From: an uncultured bacterium
GTDB lineage: Bacteria > Hydrothermota > UBA3073 > NMUJ01 > CBEVQO01
Reading direction: 5' to 3'
DNA: 64,000 nucleotides
NCBI GenBank assembly: GCA_965552055.1
Contig: CBEVQO010000002.1
Span: 160,001-224,000 of the forward strand
The notes below the pieces were generated by a model that worked only from the letters and a program-made list of their open reading frames with translations, did not search any database and was not told the DNA's origin. The translations under genes were made by a program, and so were the position numbers. Shown one piece after another: positions 30,109-38,939 of this stretch (its first letter is position 1; every line of letters begins with the position of its first letter).

Positions 30109-30288
30109 ATTTTACCTTGACATCCATGTATCATCACTATAATTTTATGTGAACAATCAAATCTATATATTGAACTCTCTCTCGTAGAGGTATATTTTCA
30201 TCATCCAACTTCTTAAAAGTAAGGTCTCCTCCTGATTTCAATTTATAAGATTTCGGATGCTTACCGTGTTATTCAAAAAGGGGGTGGT

Positions 30289-31857
30289 ATGAAAAAAGTT
30301 TTGATATTTTTAGTGGTGATTGGAGCAATAATAGGCTGTAAACGGGAAACAAAAAATAACGCACCGGAGATACCTGCGATTTCAGGACCCGATAGTGCAG
30401 CTGTGGAGCAGGCGATAACCTTTACAGCAACTTCAACTGACCCTGATGGAGATAGCATTGCGATAAGATTCGATTGGGGCGATGGCGCTATATCTGACTG
30501 GAGTAATTTCGTTTTATCAGGTCAATCAGTATCAATGAGCCACACTTATTCAACTACAGGCACTTACTATGTGAAAGCACAGGCAAAGGACATTAATGGT
30601 GCAATATCCGACTGGTCATCAACACATAAAATTGTAATATATTCAGGGCAAACAGAACAAATAACATGGACAAAAACTTATGGCGGAAGCGATGATGATT
30701 GGGGCTGTTCAGTTCAGCAGACACAGGATGGTGGATATATAATTGCAGGCGTAACTTGCTCTTTCGGTGCAGGTGTAGATAATGTTTATCTCATAAAGAC
30801 AGATGCTTATGGTAATATTGAATGGACAAAAACTTATGGAGGAAGCGGTGAGGATTACGGCTATTCGGTTCAGCAGACACAGGATGGCGGATTCATAATT
30901 GCAGGTGGAACTTTCTCTTTCGGTGCAGGTGAAAGTGATGTTTATCTTATAAAGACAGATGCTAATGGCAATGTTGAATGGACTAAAACTTATGGTGGAA
31001 GCGATTATGATTTTGGCGAGTCAGTTCAGCAGACACAGGATGGTGGCTTCATAATTGCAGGAGAAACAGAGTCTTTCGGTGCAGGCGGTTTTGATATCTA
31101 TGTTATAAAGACAGACGCTTATGGTAATGTTGAATGGACTAAAACTTATGGCGGAAGCAGTGATGATTGGGGCTATTCAGTCGAGCAGACACAGGATGGT
31201 GGATACATAATTGCAGGATACACAGAGTCTTTCGGTGCAGGTTATTATGATGTTTATCTCATAAAGACAGATGCTAATGGTAATGTTGAATGGACTAAAA
31301 CTTATGGCGGAAGCGATTACGATGGAGGCTATTCAGTTCAGCAGACACAGGATGGTGGATACATAATTGCAGGAGAAACTTACTCTTTCGGTGCAGGTGA
31401 AAGTGATGTTTATCTTATAAAGACAGATGCCAATGGTAATGTTGAGTGGACTAAAACTTATGGAGATATCGATCACGATCGGGCTACTTCAGTTCAACAA
31501 ACAAATGACGGAGGCTTTATAATTGCAGGAACTTACTGGTTCGATCCCGGTTATGGTTATGTTTATCTTATAAAGACAAATGTCTATGGCAATGCTGAAT
31601 GGACAAAAACCTACGGTGGAAGTTACCAAGATGAAGGAATGTCAGTTCAACAAACAAAGGATGGAGGCTATATAATCGGAGGATATACTTGCTCTTTCGG
31701 TGCAGGCGGTTTTGATATCTATGTTATAAAGACAGATGCTAATGGAAATGTATCTTCAAAAATTTCTCTAAAAATATCTCGTCAGAATGTAAACCCCATA
31801 CGACGAAATCCGCTACCTCTGAAATTCAGAAAATTAAGAAGGATGCACTCGCATTAA
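30289..31857 (+). CDS. Lipoprotein with PKD-like domain and 7-repeat beta-propeller
   Basis: Lipobox-like IIGC; DPDGD...FDWGDG...HTY PKD; seven WTKTYGG..SVQQT.DGGYIIAG...DVYLIKTD.NG repeats. Confidence 0.85.
   Translation: MKKVLIFLVVIGAIIGCKRETKNNAPEIPAISGPDSAAVEQAITFTATSTDPDGDSIAIRFDWGDGAISDWSNFVLSGQSVSMSHTYSTTGTYYVKAQAKDINGAISDWSSTHKIVIYSGQTEQITWTKTYGGSDDDWGCSVQQTQDGGYIIAGVTCSFGAGVDNVYLIKTDAYGNIEWTKTYGGSGEDYGYSVQQTQDGGFIIAGGTFSFGAGESDVYLIKTDANGNVEWTKTYGGSDYDFGESVQQTQDGGFIIAGETESFGAGGFDIYVIKTDAYGNVEWTKTYGGSSDDWGYSVEQTQDGGYIIAGYTESFGAGYYDVYLIKTDANGNVEWTKTYGGSDYDGGYSVQQTQDGGYIIAGETYSFGAGESDVYLIKTDANGNVEWTKTYGDIDHDRATSVQQTNDGGFIIAGTYWFDPGYGYVYLIKTNVYGNAEWTKTYGGSYQDEGMSVQQTKDGGYIIGGYTCSFGAGGFDIYVIKTDANGNVSSKISLKISRQNVNPIRRNPLPLKFRKLRRMHSH
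30667..31750 (+). repeat. Seven intragenic repeats of about 156 bp (52 aa)
   Basis: tggac(a/t)aaaac at 30667, 30823, 30979, 31135, 31291, 31447, 31600. Confidence 0.92.
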
Positions 31858-32131
31858 AAAATTTAATACGGAATTCAAAAATTTTAAGAAATGATTCAAA
31901 AGGATAGCATATAAGTGCATTTAATCTCGCAGGATACGGAAGCAGGGGCTTAAACACACGCATTAATCTATCTTCTGACCGGTAAACACTTACATTCATA
32001 GCTGAAAGTTCATGCTCATGATGGTCATTCCAGCTTATTATGGTGCGTATTTTTAGTTTATGCTTGGCTATAAATCTTGACAGCGCGGGGATAAACAAAC
32101 CTTGTATCAGCCATTCGTATTCATCACTCAC
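31826..32131 (-). CDS. Hypothetical protein (possibly a gene remnant)
   Basis: 101-aa ORF downstream of the TA-like pair; no recognised motif. Confidence 0.35.
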   Translation of the reverse strand: MSDEYEWLIQGLFIPALSRFIAKHKLKIRTIISWNDHHEHELSAMNVSVYRSEDRLMRVFKPLLPYPARLNALICYPFESFLKIFEFRIKFFNASASFLIF

Positions 32132-32393
32132 TCTTTCTTTCTCTTTGCGTAAAACTCCCTTGATGCTTTTTATAAGGAATTAGCCATTGGGTGCAAACTT
32201 TTTTCTTCTTCACATACCATAATTCTGGATATTTCTTATAATCAGATTGTGGCATATTTCTTGCCACGCCAGGTAAACAACTCCCACTCATCATCAAGAA
32301 ATTTGGCAACTTCAGATTTTGTCCTCCCTGCCTTATTTTCTACAGTGATTATGAAATCTATACCCATCACTCAATATAATCATACCTCCATGA

Positions 32394-32642
32394 TCACTTT
32401 TCTTTAATATGAATTATTATCCTTTCCCCCTTTTTCTCTTTAAAATAAACCAAAAGATTACGCACTTCAATTTTACACCATTTATAACCTTCACCCTTTA
32501 AAACCACATGATAAGAGCTTGCATTTGCAACTTGCTCAACTATTTCCGATAATATATCTCCAATTTCTCTCTCTTCAATTTTACCCCTTTTTGCTAATTG
32601 CACCAGTTCCTCCAAGCAACTCGTGCTGCATCCTACTTTCAT
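32394..32642 (-). CDS. Divergent RelE/ParE-like protein (putative toxin)
   Basis: 82 aa, AGGAGG SD; LKGEGYKWCKIEVRNLLVYF...IIIHI follows the RelE secondary-structure pattern; directly after an RHH gene. Confidence 0.5.
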   Translation of the reverse strand: MKVGCSTSCLEELVQLAKRGKIEEREIGDILSEIVEQVANASSYHVVLKGEGYKWCKIEVRNLLVYFKEKKGERIIIHIKEK

Positions 32643-32892
32643 CCAATCCTCCTTTCAGCAGTTTTCTGATATATTCGAGCGCTTTATTTTTGTCATAATA
32701 AATCTTTTCTTCTTTCAAATTTTCTAAAGCAATTTCAACTTCTGCACATTTCTCAAGATAAAATCTAACAGCACGCCTCAAAATATCTCCCCTGCTCCTT
32801 CCCAACGCTACAGCCACTGTGTCTATTTGTTCTAAATATTCCTCCGGTATCCTAAAAGATACCCCCAACATTTTCTTCTTTCTCTCACACAT
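32581..32892 (-). CDS. Ribbon-helix-helix (CopG-like) protein, putative antitoxin
   Basis: VSFRIPEEYLEQIDTVAVALGRSRGDILRRAVRFYL; ATG 32892 with GGAGG SD. Confidence 0.8.
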   Translation of the reverse strand: MCERKKKMLGVSFRIPEEYLEQIDTVAVALGRSRGDILRRAVRFYLEKCAEVEIALENLKEEKIYYDKNKALEYIRKLLKGGLDESRMQHELLGGTGAISKKG

Positions 32893-32965
32893 AATCCCTC
32901 CAATCTTTAACATACACTCCATCCAAACTATAAAGAACACATACTTCCATACTCTCAAATTGTTA

Positions 32966-32988
32966 AATACTTTGTATGACAAAGTATT
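32966..32988. promoter_or_regulatory. Perfect 10-bp inverted repeat, candidate RHH operator
   Basis: AATACTTTGT-ATG-ACAAAGTATT just downstream of the minus-strand promoter (TTGACA 33026-33021). Confidence 0.6.
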
Positions 32989-33062
32989 CATTTCATTAAA
33001 TATAATCTTTTTTAGTCGTTTGTCAAGCTAATTTTTCGAAAAATTATCGAGTGAAAAAATTT

Positions 33063-33809
33063 TTATTTAATCTCGATGATTTTCCCCACTCCGTATTCGA
33101 TAAAGTTTTCCTTATATTCCTTTTTAAATGCATCTCTCACCAAATCGCCTGTGCAGTGTGAAGGAGCTACTTTCTCTACCCCTAATTTCCTAAATTCTTT
33201 GACACAGGATACAGGAGGATGATGGAAGCCACCCAAAACCAGATATACCTTATCTCTCTTCATCTGTTCTTTAGCTTTTTTTACAATTTTTACAATACCA
33301 GGATGAGCACACCCAGTAATAATCACCAAACCCTTTTTTGAATCGATAATCAATGATTGCTCTTCAGGATGTCCATAAAGCTCTCCGGTTGTGTAAATAA
33401 AATCAGAAATTTTTGCAGGTGATGAAATCTCTACAAGTTTTGCACCTTTCTTAATTATCATATCTTTAATAGATTGAGGAAAGGAATGCGGAATAAATAC
33501 AGTAACATTATTATTTCTCTCCAAAAAACCCTCCAGTCCGCCCAGATGATCATCATGAATATGAGAAATTACTATCTTTTTGATAGATAAAGGATTAATG
33601 CCTAATTTTTCCATATTAAAAAGCAAAATTTTTGAATCTCCTCCTGTATCAAAAAGTATTAACTCTTCTGGAGTTTTTATTACAGTGGCAAAGCCCCATG
33701 CAGTTTTGAGAGCAGGATTTACCTGATAATTGTCATAGACAGAGATTAAAGTTATTTCCGGCTTAGTTAATGCTAAAAAGCATATTAAAGATAAAATTTT
33801 AAAACTCAT
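33063..33809 (-). CDS. MBL-fold metallo-hydrolase (COG1237-like)
   Basis: WGFA, LFDTG, SHIHDDHLGG, TGCAHPG, GGFH, SHCTG. Confidence 0.92.
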   Translation of the reverse strand: MSFKILSLICFLALTKPEITLISVYDNYQVNPALKTAWGFATVIKTPEELILFDTGGDSKILLFNMEKLGINPLSIKKIVISHIHDDHLGGLEGFLERNNNVTVFIPHSFPQSIKDMIIKKGAKLVEISSPAKISDFIYTTGELYGHPEEQSLIIDSKKGLVIITGCAHPGIVKIVKKAKEQMKRDKVYLVLGGFHHPPVSCVKEFRKLGVEKVAPSHCTGDLVRDAFKKEYKENFIEYGVGKIIEIK

Positions 33810-33813
33810 TTAT

Positions 33814-34449
33814 TTAAATTTCAATTATTTTTCCTGCTCCTCCTTCAATACATTTTTCAGGATAAAGTGACTTTATCTCTGATTTATATTGAGTACAATG
33901 TGTCGGGCAAATCAAATCAAATTTCTTTAAAGATTCAGGACGAGTTCCGTGTAATCCTCCTATTATACCATAAACCTTACCAAATTGAGAAGCCGCTTCA
34001 TAAATATGCTCCATTACTGGATGAGAACATCCTGCTATAATTACAATGCCCTTTTCTGTGTCAATACACAGAGATTGTTCTATTCTATCAAGTTCACCTG
34101 TAGAGTAAATTCCATCATAAAGTTTTGTTGGATTTTTCACTTCAATCACTTCCTTTGCATTTTTCGCTTCAGGAAAATATGAAGGAACCCATAGTTTTAC
34201 TTCATTATTCAGTTGAAGAAAAGATGATAGACCGCCTGTATGGTCCCAATGAAGATGGGAAATGAAAACATCTTCAATTTCTTTTGGATTGATTTTGAGC
34301 TTTTCCATATTGAAAAGTAAAATGTCTCCATTCGCTCCGGTATCAAAAAGAATTTTTCTCCCTTTAACTTCTACAAGGGCTGAAAAACCCCAATCAGCTT
34401 TAAGGTCGCTTCTTAAAGTAGTATTATCGTAAATAATCGTAATTTTCAC
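33814..34449 (-). CDS. MBL-fold metallo-hydrolase (COG1237-like)
   Basis: WGFS, LFDTG, SHLHWDHTGG, AGCSHP, GGLH, THCT. Confidence 0.92.
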   Translation of the reverse strand: MKITIIYDNTTLRSDLKADWGFSALVEVKGRKILFDTGANGDILLFNMEKLKINPKEIEDVFISHLHWDHTGGLSSFLQLNNEVKLWVPSYFPEAKNAKEVIEVKNPTKLYDGIYSTGELDRIEQSLCIDTEKGIVIIAGCSHPVMEHIYEAASQFGKVYGIIGGLHGTRPESLKKFDLICPTHCTQYKSEIKSLYPEKCIEGGAGKIIEI

Positions 34450-34453
34450 TTAA

Positions 34454-34966
34454 TTAACCTTCCAGTTCTTTTATTCTCCTTTTTATGATTTCTAATTGTG
34501 TTTTAAGTAAATTTTCCTGTGCTTTGAGTAATTGGAGTTCATCTTCTTTTGATAGTTGTCCCCATCTGTATCCACCGCCCTGACCCATCGGGAAATTCAT
34601 CCCGAAATGTGCAGAAACAGTGGGACTCATTGCAGGTTGTAACCTGCCCTGCTTGAAGAGCTCGACCGCCTGCCTTACCGTTAGATTACCGGGTGCTCCA
34701 AGGGTAAGCACCTGCACCCCTGCTGTCTGTAACACCTGAAAAGCATTTGGACCAACATTACCAGTTATTACAGCGTTTACGCCTTTGTTCGCTACGAATT
34801 GAGCAGATTGAATGCCCGCACCTCCTGCCGACATGATGTTGGGATTCTCAACTGCTTCAAATTCCATCGTATCTGTATCAACAAAGATAAAGTATTGACA
34901 GCGACCAAAACGGGGGTCAATGATTGAATCAAGAGAAGGACCCTGTGCTGTAACACATACTCTCAT
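34454..34966 (-). CDS. NifB/NifX family Fe-Mo cluster-binding protein with DUF5320-like coiled-coil tail
   Basis: DPRFGRCQYF, GGAGIQSAQ, ITGNVGPNAF; tail SKEDELQLLKAQENLLKTQLEIIKRRIKELE. Confidence 0.9.
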   Translation of the reverse strand: MRVCVTAQGPSLDSIIDPRFGRCQYFIFVDTDTMEFEAVENPNIMSAGGAGIQSAQFVANKGVNAVITGNVGPNAFQVLQTAGVQVLTLGAPGNLTVRQAVELFKQGRLQPAMSPTVSAHFGMNFPMGQGGGYRWGQLSKEDELQLLKAQENLLKTQLEIIKRRIKELEG

Positions 34967-35310
34967 TTTCCCTCCAGTTCTTTTATCCTTTCACGAATGG
35001 ATTTAAGTTCTTCTTCCAAATCTTTTGCCATATCCTTTAGCATCTCTAACTCTTCTTCTTTCGAAAGAGGAGCTGTCATATAGGGTGGGAATGTCATCTG
35101 ATACGGATAGCCCATCTGATAGGGATAGCCCATTTGAGGTTGCTGAGTGGATTGCGCTTGAGTTTGCTGAGTTTGCTGTGGCATCTGTTGTGGCATCCAC
35201 ATCCATGGCATCCAGCCCCAGCCCCATGCAGGCATACCCATACCAGCACGCATCCAGCCAGGCAACCCCGTTAATCTCCACCACCAGCGCCAGCCTCTGC
35301 CCCACCACAT
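34963..35310 (-). CDS. DUF5320-like Trp/Gln/Pro-rich protein with coiled-coil tail
   Basis: WRWWWRLTGLPGWMR, QMGYPY repeat, SKEEELEMLK...RIKELE; GGAGG SD. Confidence 0.85.
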   Translation of the reverse strand: MWWGRGWRWWWRLTGLPGWMRAGMGMPAWGWGWMPWMWMPQQMPQQTQQTQAQSTQQPQMGYPYQMGYPYQMTFPPYMTAPLSKEEELEMLKDMAKDLEEELKSIRERIKELEGK

Positions 35311-35311
35311 T

Positions 35312-35476
35312 TTAACCTCCTTTCTTCAGTTCTTCAATCCTTTTTTCAATCCATTTCAGTTCCTCTTCGAGCATCTTCTTACGCCACTCGAGGAACTGTA
35401 ACTCCTGCTCCCTTGAATAAGGGAAAAACGGAAACCACCAGTACATTATAAATGGCCACCAGAACAGCCACCTCAT
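35312..35476 (-). CDS. 54-aa Trp-rich microprotein with coiled-coil tail (not in ORF track)
   Basis: Hand translation MRWLFWWPFIMYWWFPFFPYSREQELQFLEWRKKMLEEELKWIEKRIEELKKGG; AGGAGG SD and ATGA overlap with the upstream stop. Confidence 0.85.
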   Translation of the reverse strand: MRWLFWWPFIMYWWFPFFPYSREQELQFLEWRKKMLEEELKWIEKRIEELKKGG

Positions 35477-35700
35477 TTTGCACCTCCTTTTTGGGTTTCA
35501 GACTGATAAGGATAAAAATAAGGAAGCCACGGGAAAGTCCACCATCCCCAGTAGTAAGGATAGTAAGGCATCATCCTCCATATCTGTTGCCAGTAATAAT
35601 AAGCCATAGGAGTAGCCCACCACCATCTCGGTAACCACGGAAACCACCTGCACCAGGGGAAAGGATTCCCCCTCCAGCCAAAAAACCAACCCCACCTCAT
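35473..35700 (-). CDS. 75-aa extremely aromatic (15 Trp) protein
   Basis: MRWGWFFGWRGNPFPWCRWFPWLPRWWWATP...; AAGGAGG SD before ATG 35700. Confidence 0.8.
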   Translation of the reverse strand: MRWGWFFGWRGNPFPWCRWFPWLPRWWWATPMAYYYWQQIWRMMPYYPYYWGWWTFPWLPYFYPYQSETQKGGAK

Positions 35701-35714
35701 GATACCCTCCTTAT

Positions 35715-35733
35715 GATAATGATAATCATTTTC
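35715..35733. promoter_or_regulatory. Fur box overlapping the -10
   Basis: GATAATGATAATCATTTTC, identical to 27412-27430; TTGACA 35745-35740, N15, TATCAT. Confidence 0.9.
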
Positions 35734-35778
35734 AAAAATTGTCAAGCTGGAATTTTCAAATCTTCAAATTTTCAATTC

Positions 35779-37119
35779 TTATTTATACCATTTCATTATC
35801 GCATTAACCGTCGCATTTATAACAGGATACGCTATGGGCGAAGAAGTAAGTAAAGGATGTGTGCCTATCTGAAGAGTATCTATTTCAATATCTGTCATCC
35901 TCTTCTGTATCATTACCGAAAGCATATTTATCATTTCTCCAACGGAATCTCCTCCTCTTATCTGTGCTCCAAGTAATATGTGTGAGCATCTTGCGTAAAT
36001 AAGTTTTACATAAATTTTGCTCGCTCCCGGTAATTTCCCGGGATGCCTGTCAACCGTTTCCGCTGTACCCACAACATAATCAACACCAAAAGATTTCGCC
36101 TGAAACTCCGTTAAACCTGTTGCACCAAAAGATACATCCCCGACTTTTGTGGAAAAAGTGCTGAGTGTTCCCGGAAACTCCTTAATCGCTTTCACCGTAA
36201 AAAGATTTGAACCCGCCAACCTTCCTTGAGCCATCGCAGAAGATGCGAGCATCAATTTTGATAGCTCGCCGCTAAAGAAACTCCTTTTCGCAACACAATC
36301 ACCAACAGCAAAAATATCTTTTTGAGATGTGCGCATGTATTCGTCAACTATTATGCCGAAGCGTGGATTCACATCAAGACCTATTTTTTGCGCAAGCTCA
36401 ATATTTGGACGATAACCCACTGCAATTATAACAAGGTCAGCAGGTAAAGTTCTACCATCTTCAAGCACTACCTTCTCAACTTTGTCATTGCCTTTTATTT
36501 CCTTTACAGATTGACCTACAATTATCTCAGCACCTCTTTCTTTCAATATTTCAATTACCATATCGCCAAACTCTTTATCCATCGATAAAGGTAAAAGCGA
36601 AGGTAATTTCTCGATAAGAACTACCTTTTTATCTTTTTTCTTTAAAATCTCGTCAGCAACTTCAACTCCTATAAATCCTCCTCCTATGATAACGATATTC
36701 GTTGATTCTTCAACTTTTTCTCGTAATTCTTTCAGATAGTCTATTTCTTTTTTCACATAATAAACTCCTTTTTTATCGACACCCGGAATCGGTAGCACGA
36801 ATGGACTCGAACCTATAGCGAGCACGAGCTTATCGAACTCTATTTCTTTACCGCTCTTCAAAGTAAGTCTTTTGTCCTTCACATCAATTACTTCATCAAT
36901 AATGATTTCTATTTTATTTGCTTCAAGTGGCTTATCCGGTAGAATATCGTCCTCTACCTTTTCGAGTGTATGCAGGGTGTAAGGTATTCCACACGGTATA
37001 AGTGCTATTTTCTCTTTCCTTATTAGTGCAATAGATTTGTCAGGGTAAGCGTTCCTTGCAGAAAGTGCAGCAGTAAAGCCCCCAGGACCCCCTCCTACGA
37101 TTACAACATCGAACTTCAT
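35779..37119 (-). CDS. FAD-dependent pyridine nucleotide-disulfide oxidoreductase (NADH oxidase / CoA-disulfide reductase-like)
   Basis: GGGPGG, IPCGIPY single Cys, GGGFIGVE, FAVGD; start ATG 37119 with AGGAGG SD. Confidence 0.92.
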   Translation of the reverse strand: MKFDVVIVGGGPGGFTAALSARNAYPDKSIALIRKEKIALIPCGIPYTLHTLEKVEDDILPDKPLEANKIEIIIDEVIDVKDKRLTLKSGKEIEFDKLVLAIGSSPFVLPIPGVDKKGVYYVKKEIDYLKELREKVEESTNIVIIGGGFIGVEVADEILKKKDKKVVLIEKLPSLLPLSMDKEFGDMVIEILKERGAEIIVGQSVKEIKGNDKVEKVVLEDGRTLPADLVIIAVGYRPNIELAQKIGLDVNPRFGIIVDEYMRTSQKDIFAVGDCVAKRSFFSGELSKLMLASSAMAQGRLAGSNLFTVKAIKEFPGTLSTFSTKVGDVSFGATGLTEFQAKSFGVDYVVGTAETVDRHPGKLPGASKIYVKLIYARCSHILLGAQIRGGDSVGEMINMLSVMIQKRMTDIEIDTLQIGTHPLLTSSPIAYPVINATVNAIMKWYK

Positions 37120-37133
37120 ATCACACCTCCTTT

Positions 37134-37152
37134 GAAAATTATAATCATTTTC
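37134..37152. promoter_or_regulatory. Fur box overlapping the -10
   Basis: GAAAATTATAATCATTTTC; TTGACA 37164-37159, N15, TATAAT, same register as the other two boxes. Confidence 0.8.
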
Positions 37153-37236
37153 GTATTTTGTCAAGAAAAAGTTCAAAAGATAGAGTAATCGAAACATTTT
37201 AGCTTGACAAAAGAGAAAAGGTAATAAATTATAAAG

Positions 37237-38106
37237 ATGAGATATTTGCTTATTTTAATAGCAATTGTACTTGCCTGTAGCGGTGGATGGGAAATAAGAC
37301 TCGAGCCACCAGAAAATACTTTTAAAACTCATAGTGTTAAAATTTTTCTTAATAAACCACTCGAAATTAAATCAACGATTTTAACAGATTGGAATAATGA
37401 TAATATATTGAATCCAGGTGAATGTGGGAGATTTATCTTACATATAAAGAATACAGGCAAGGATACATTGAAAGATGTTACATTGATTTTTCATATAATT
37501 GAACATCCTGAAATTATAAACATACCCGAAAGATATGAACTGGGTGTCATTCCCCCAGATGCTGAAAAAACGGCAATAATTGTGCTGTGTGCCTGTAAGT
37601 GCAAATCAACTACAGTGGTGCCCATTGAAATGATTTTTAATAAAGCACATGAATTCCTACAAAGCTGCACTTTAAATGTCATTGTAATGCCAAGAAAATT
37701 TGTAGAATTTGAAATCGTAAAGTATGAAATAATAGATGAACCTGTAATTGGTTTACCAAACCATAAAATGGGTGCAGGTGAAAAAATAAATTTGAAACTC
37801 TTTATTAAAAATAAAGGGAATGTTACCTGTAACAATGTCAACATTTTACTTACATCAAACGAGAATATTCAATTTAAGCCCAATGAATTTATAATCAAAG
37901 TATTAAAGCCGAATGATGTTGCGAGTATTTCTACCAGATTTTCTATCCCCCGTTTTTATTCAAAAAGCGAGTTGGATATTACTATAAGAATTATCGAATA
38001 CAATTTAAAAATTCAAAAAGATTTAACGATGGTTTTTGAAGTCGAGCCTTTTAAAATTAATCTATATAAAAAAATGAAGCCACATAAAGTTAAAGAGATG
38101 AGATAG
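37237..38106 (+). CDS. Putative lipoprotein with two Ig/CARDB-like domains
   Basis: VLAC lipobox; LNPGE...IKNTG and GEKINLKLFIKNKG repeats; leaderless promoter at 37204. Confidence 0.65.
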   Translation: MRYLLILIAIVLACSGGWEIRLEPPENTFKTHSVKIFLNKPLEIKSTILTDWNNDNILNPGECGRFILHIKNTGKDTLKDVTLIFHIIEHPEIINIPERYELGVIPPDAEKTAIIVLCACKCKSTTVVPIEMIFNKAHEFLQSCTLNVIVMPRKFVEFEIVKYEIIDEPVIGLPNHKMGAGEKINLKLFIKNKGNVTCNNVNILLTSNENIQFKPNEFIIKVLKPNDVASISTRFSIPRFYSKSELDITIRIIEYNLKIQKDLTMVFEVEPFKINLYKKMKPHKVKEMR

Positions 38107-38939
38107 TGAAGGTAGCAGTAGCAAGTGGTAAAGGTGGCACTGGTAAAACAACCGTAGCAGTTAATCTGGCATTTGTCATAAAAAATTGCACATTTCTGGA
38201 TTGCGATGTGGAAGAACCAAATGCTCATATTTTTTTAAAACCCAAAATTTCAAAATCCGATGATTTTTATCAAATAGTACCCGAATGGCTCCCCGACAGG
38301 TGTAATTTCTGTGGTAAATGCAGTGAAGTTTGCAGACATAATGCAATAGCTGTTATAAAAAATAAAAAAGTTTTGATATTTGAAGAGATTTGCCATCACT
38401 GCAAAGCATGTATTTTACTCTGCCCACAAAATGCATTAAAAGAGAAAAAAGTTTCAGTGGGCGTAATTGAATATGGAAAAAGAGATGGTATTTCATTTAT
38501 TCATGGTAGATTGCGCGAAGGCGTAGCTTCCCCTGTTCCCCTGATAAAAGAGATAAAGTCAAAAGTTGATAAAAATTCAAGGGTAATAATTGACTGTGCA
38601 CCTGGTGTCAGTTGTCCTGTTGTGCATGCAGTAAAAGATACCGATTTTTGCATTCTGGTAACAGAAGATACGAAATTCGGATTGCATGACCTAAAATTAT
38701 CAATTGAACTTTTAAAAAATATGGGAATAAAAACAGGTGTCGTAATAAACAGATACGGAAAAGGAGAAAAAGGTTTAATAGAAAATTTCTGCGAGAAAGA
38801 AAAAATCCCTGTTTTGATGAAAATACCTTATGATGAAAAAATTGCTTATGCTTATTCTGAAGGCAGATTAATTTGTGAGATTGATAAAGGATATTATGAA
38901 AAATTTAAGGAATTGGCGCGATGTATCAAATTGTTGTGA
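38106..38939 (+). CDS. MinD-superfamily P-loop ATPase with inserted 2x[4Fe-4S] domain (COG1149-like)
   Basis: ASGKGGTGKT, DCDVEEPN, two CxxCxxCxxxC, DCAPGVSCP. Confidence 0.92.
   Translation: MKVAVASGKGGTGKTTVAVNLAFVIKNCTFLDCDVEEPNAHIFLKPKISKSDDFYQIVPEWLPDRCNFCGKCSEVCRHNAIAVIKNKKVLIFEEICHHCKACILLCPQNALKEKKVSVGVIEYGKRDGISFIHGRLREGVASPVPLIKEIKSKVDKNSRVIIDCAPGVSCPVVHAVKDTDFCILVTEDTKFGLHDLKLSIELLKNMGIKTGVVINRYGKGEKGLIENFCEKEKIPVLMKIPYDEKIAYAYSEGRLICEIDKGYYEKFKELARCIKLL

Noticed and set aside
31537..31552. tRNA T-arm-like GGTTCGATCCC
   Set aside because: It lies in frame within the propeller gene (YWFDPG), with no acceptor or D stems.
30667..31750. CRISPR array
   Set aside because: Repeats are 156-bp in-frame coding units without unique spacers; no cas genes.
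34454..34966. Nitrogen fixation locus
   Set aside because: NifB/NifX-like domains and MinD-type ATPases are common in non-diazotrophs; no nifHDK here.
35003..35695. Alternative-frame and antisense ORFs over the Trp-rich genes, and the many other short overlapping ORFs in the track
   Set aside because: They lack SD or promoter context and recognisable motifs, and are shadows of better-supported genes.
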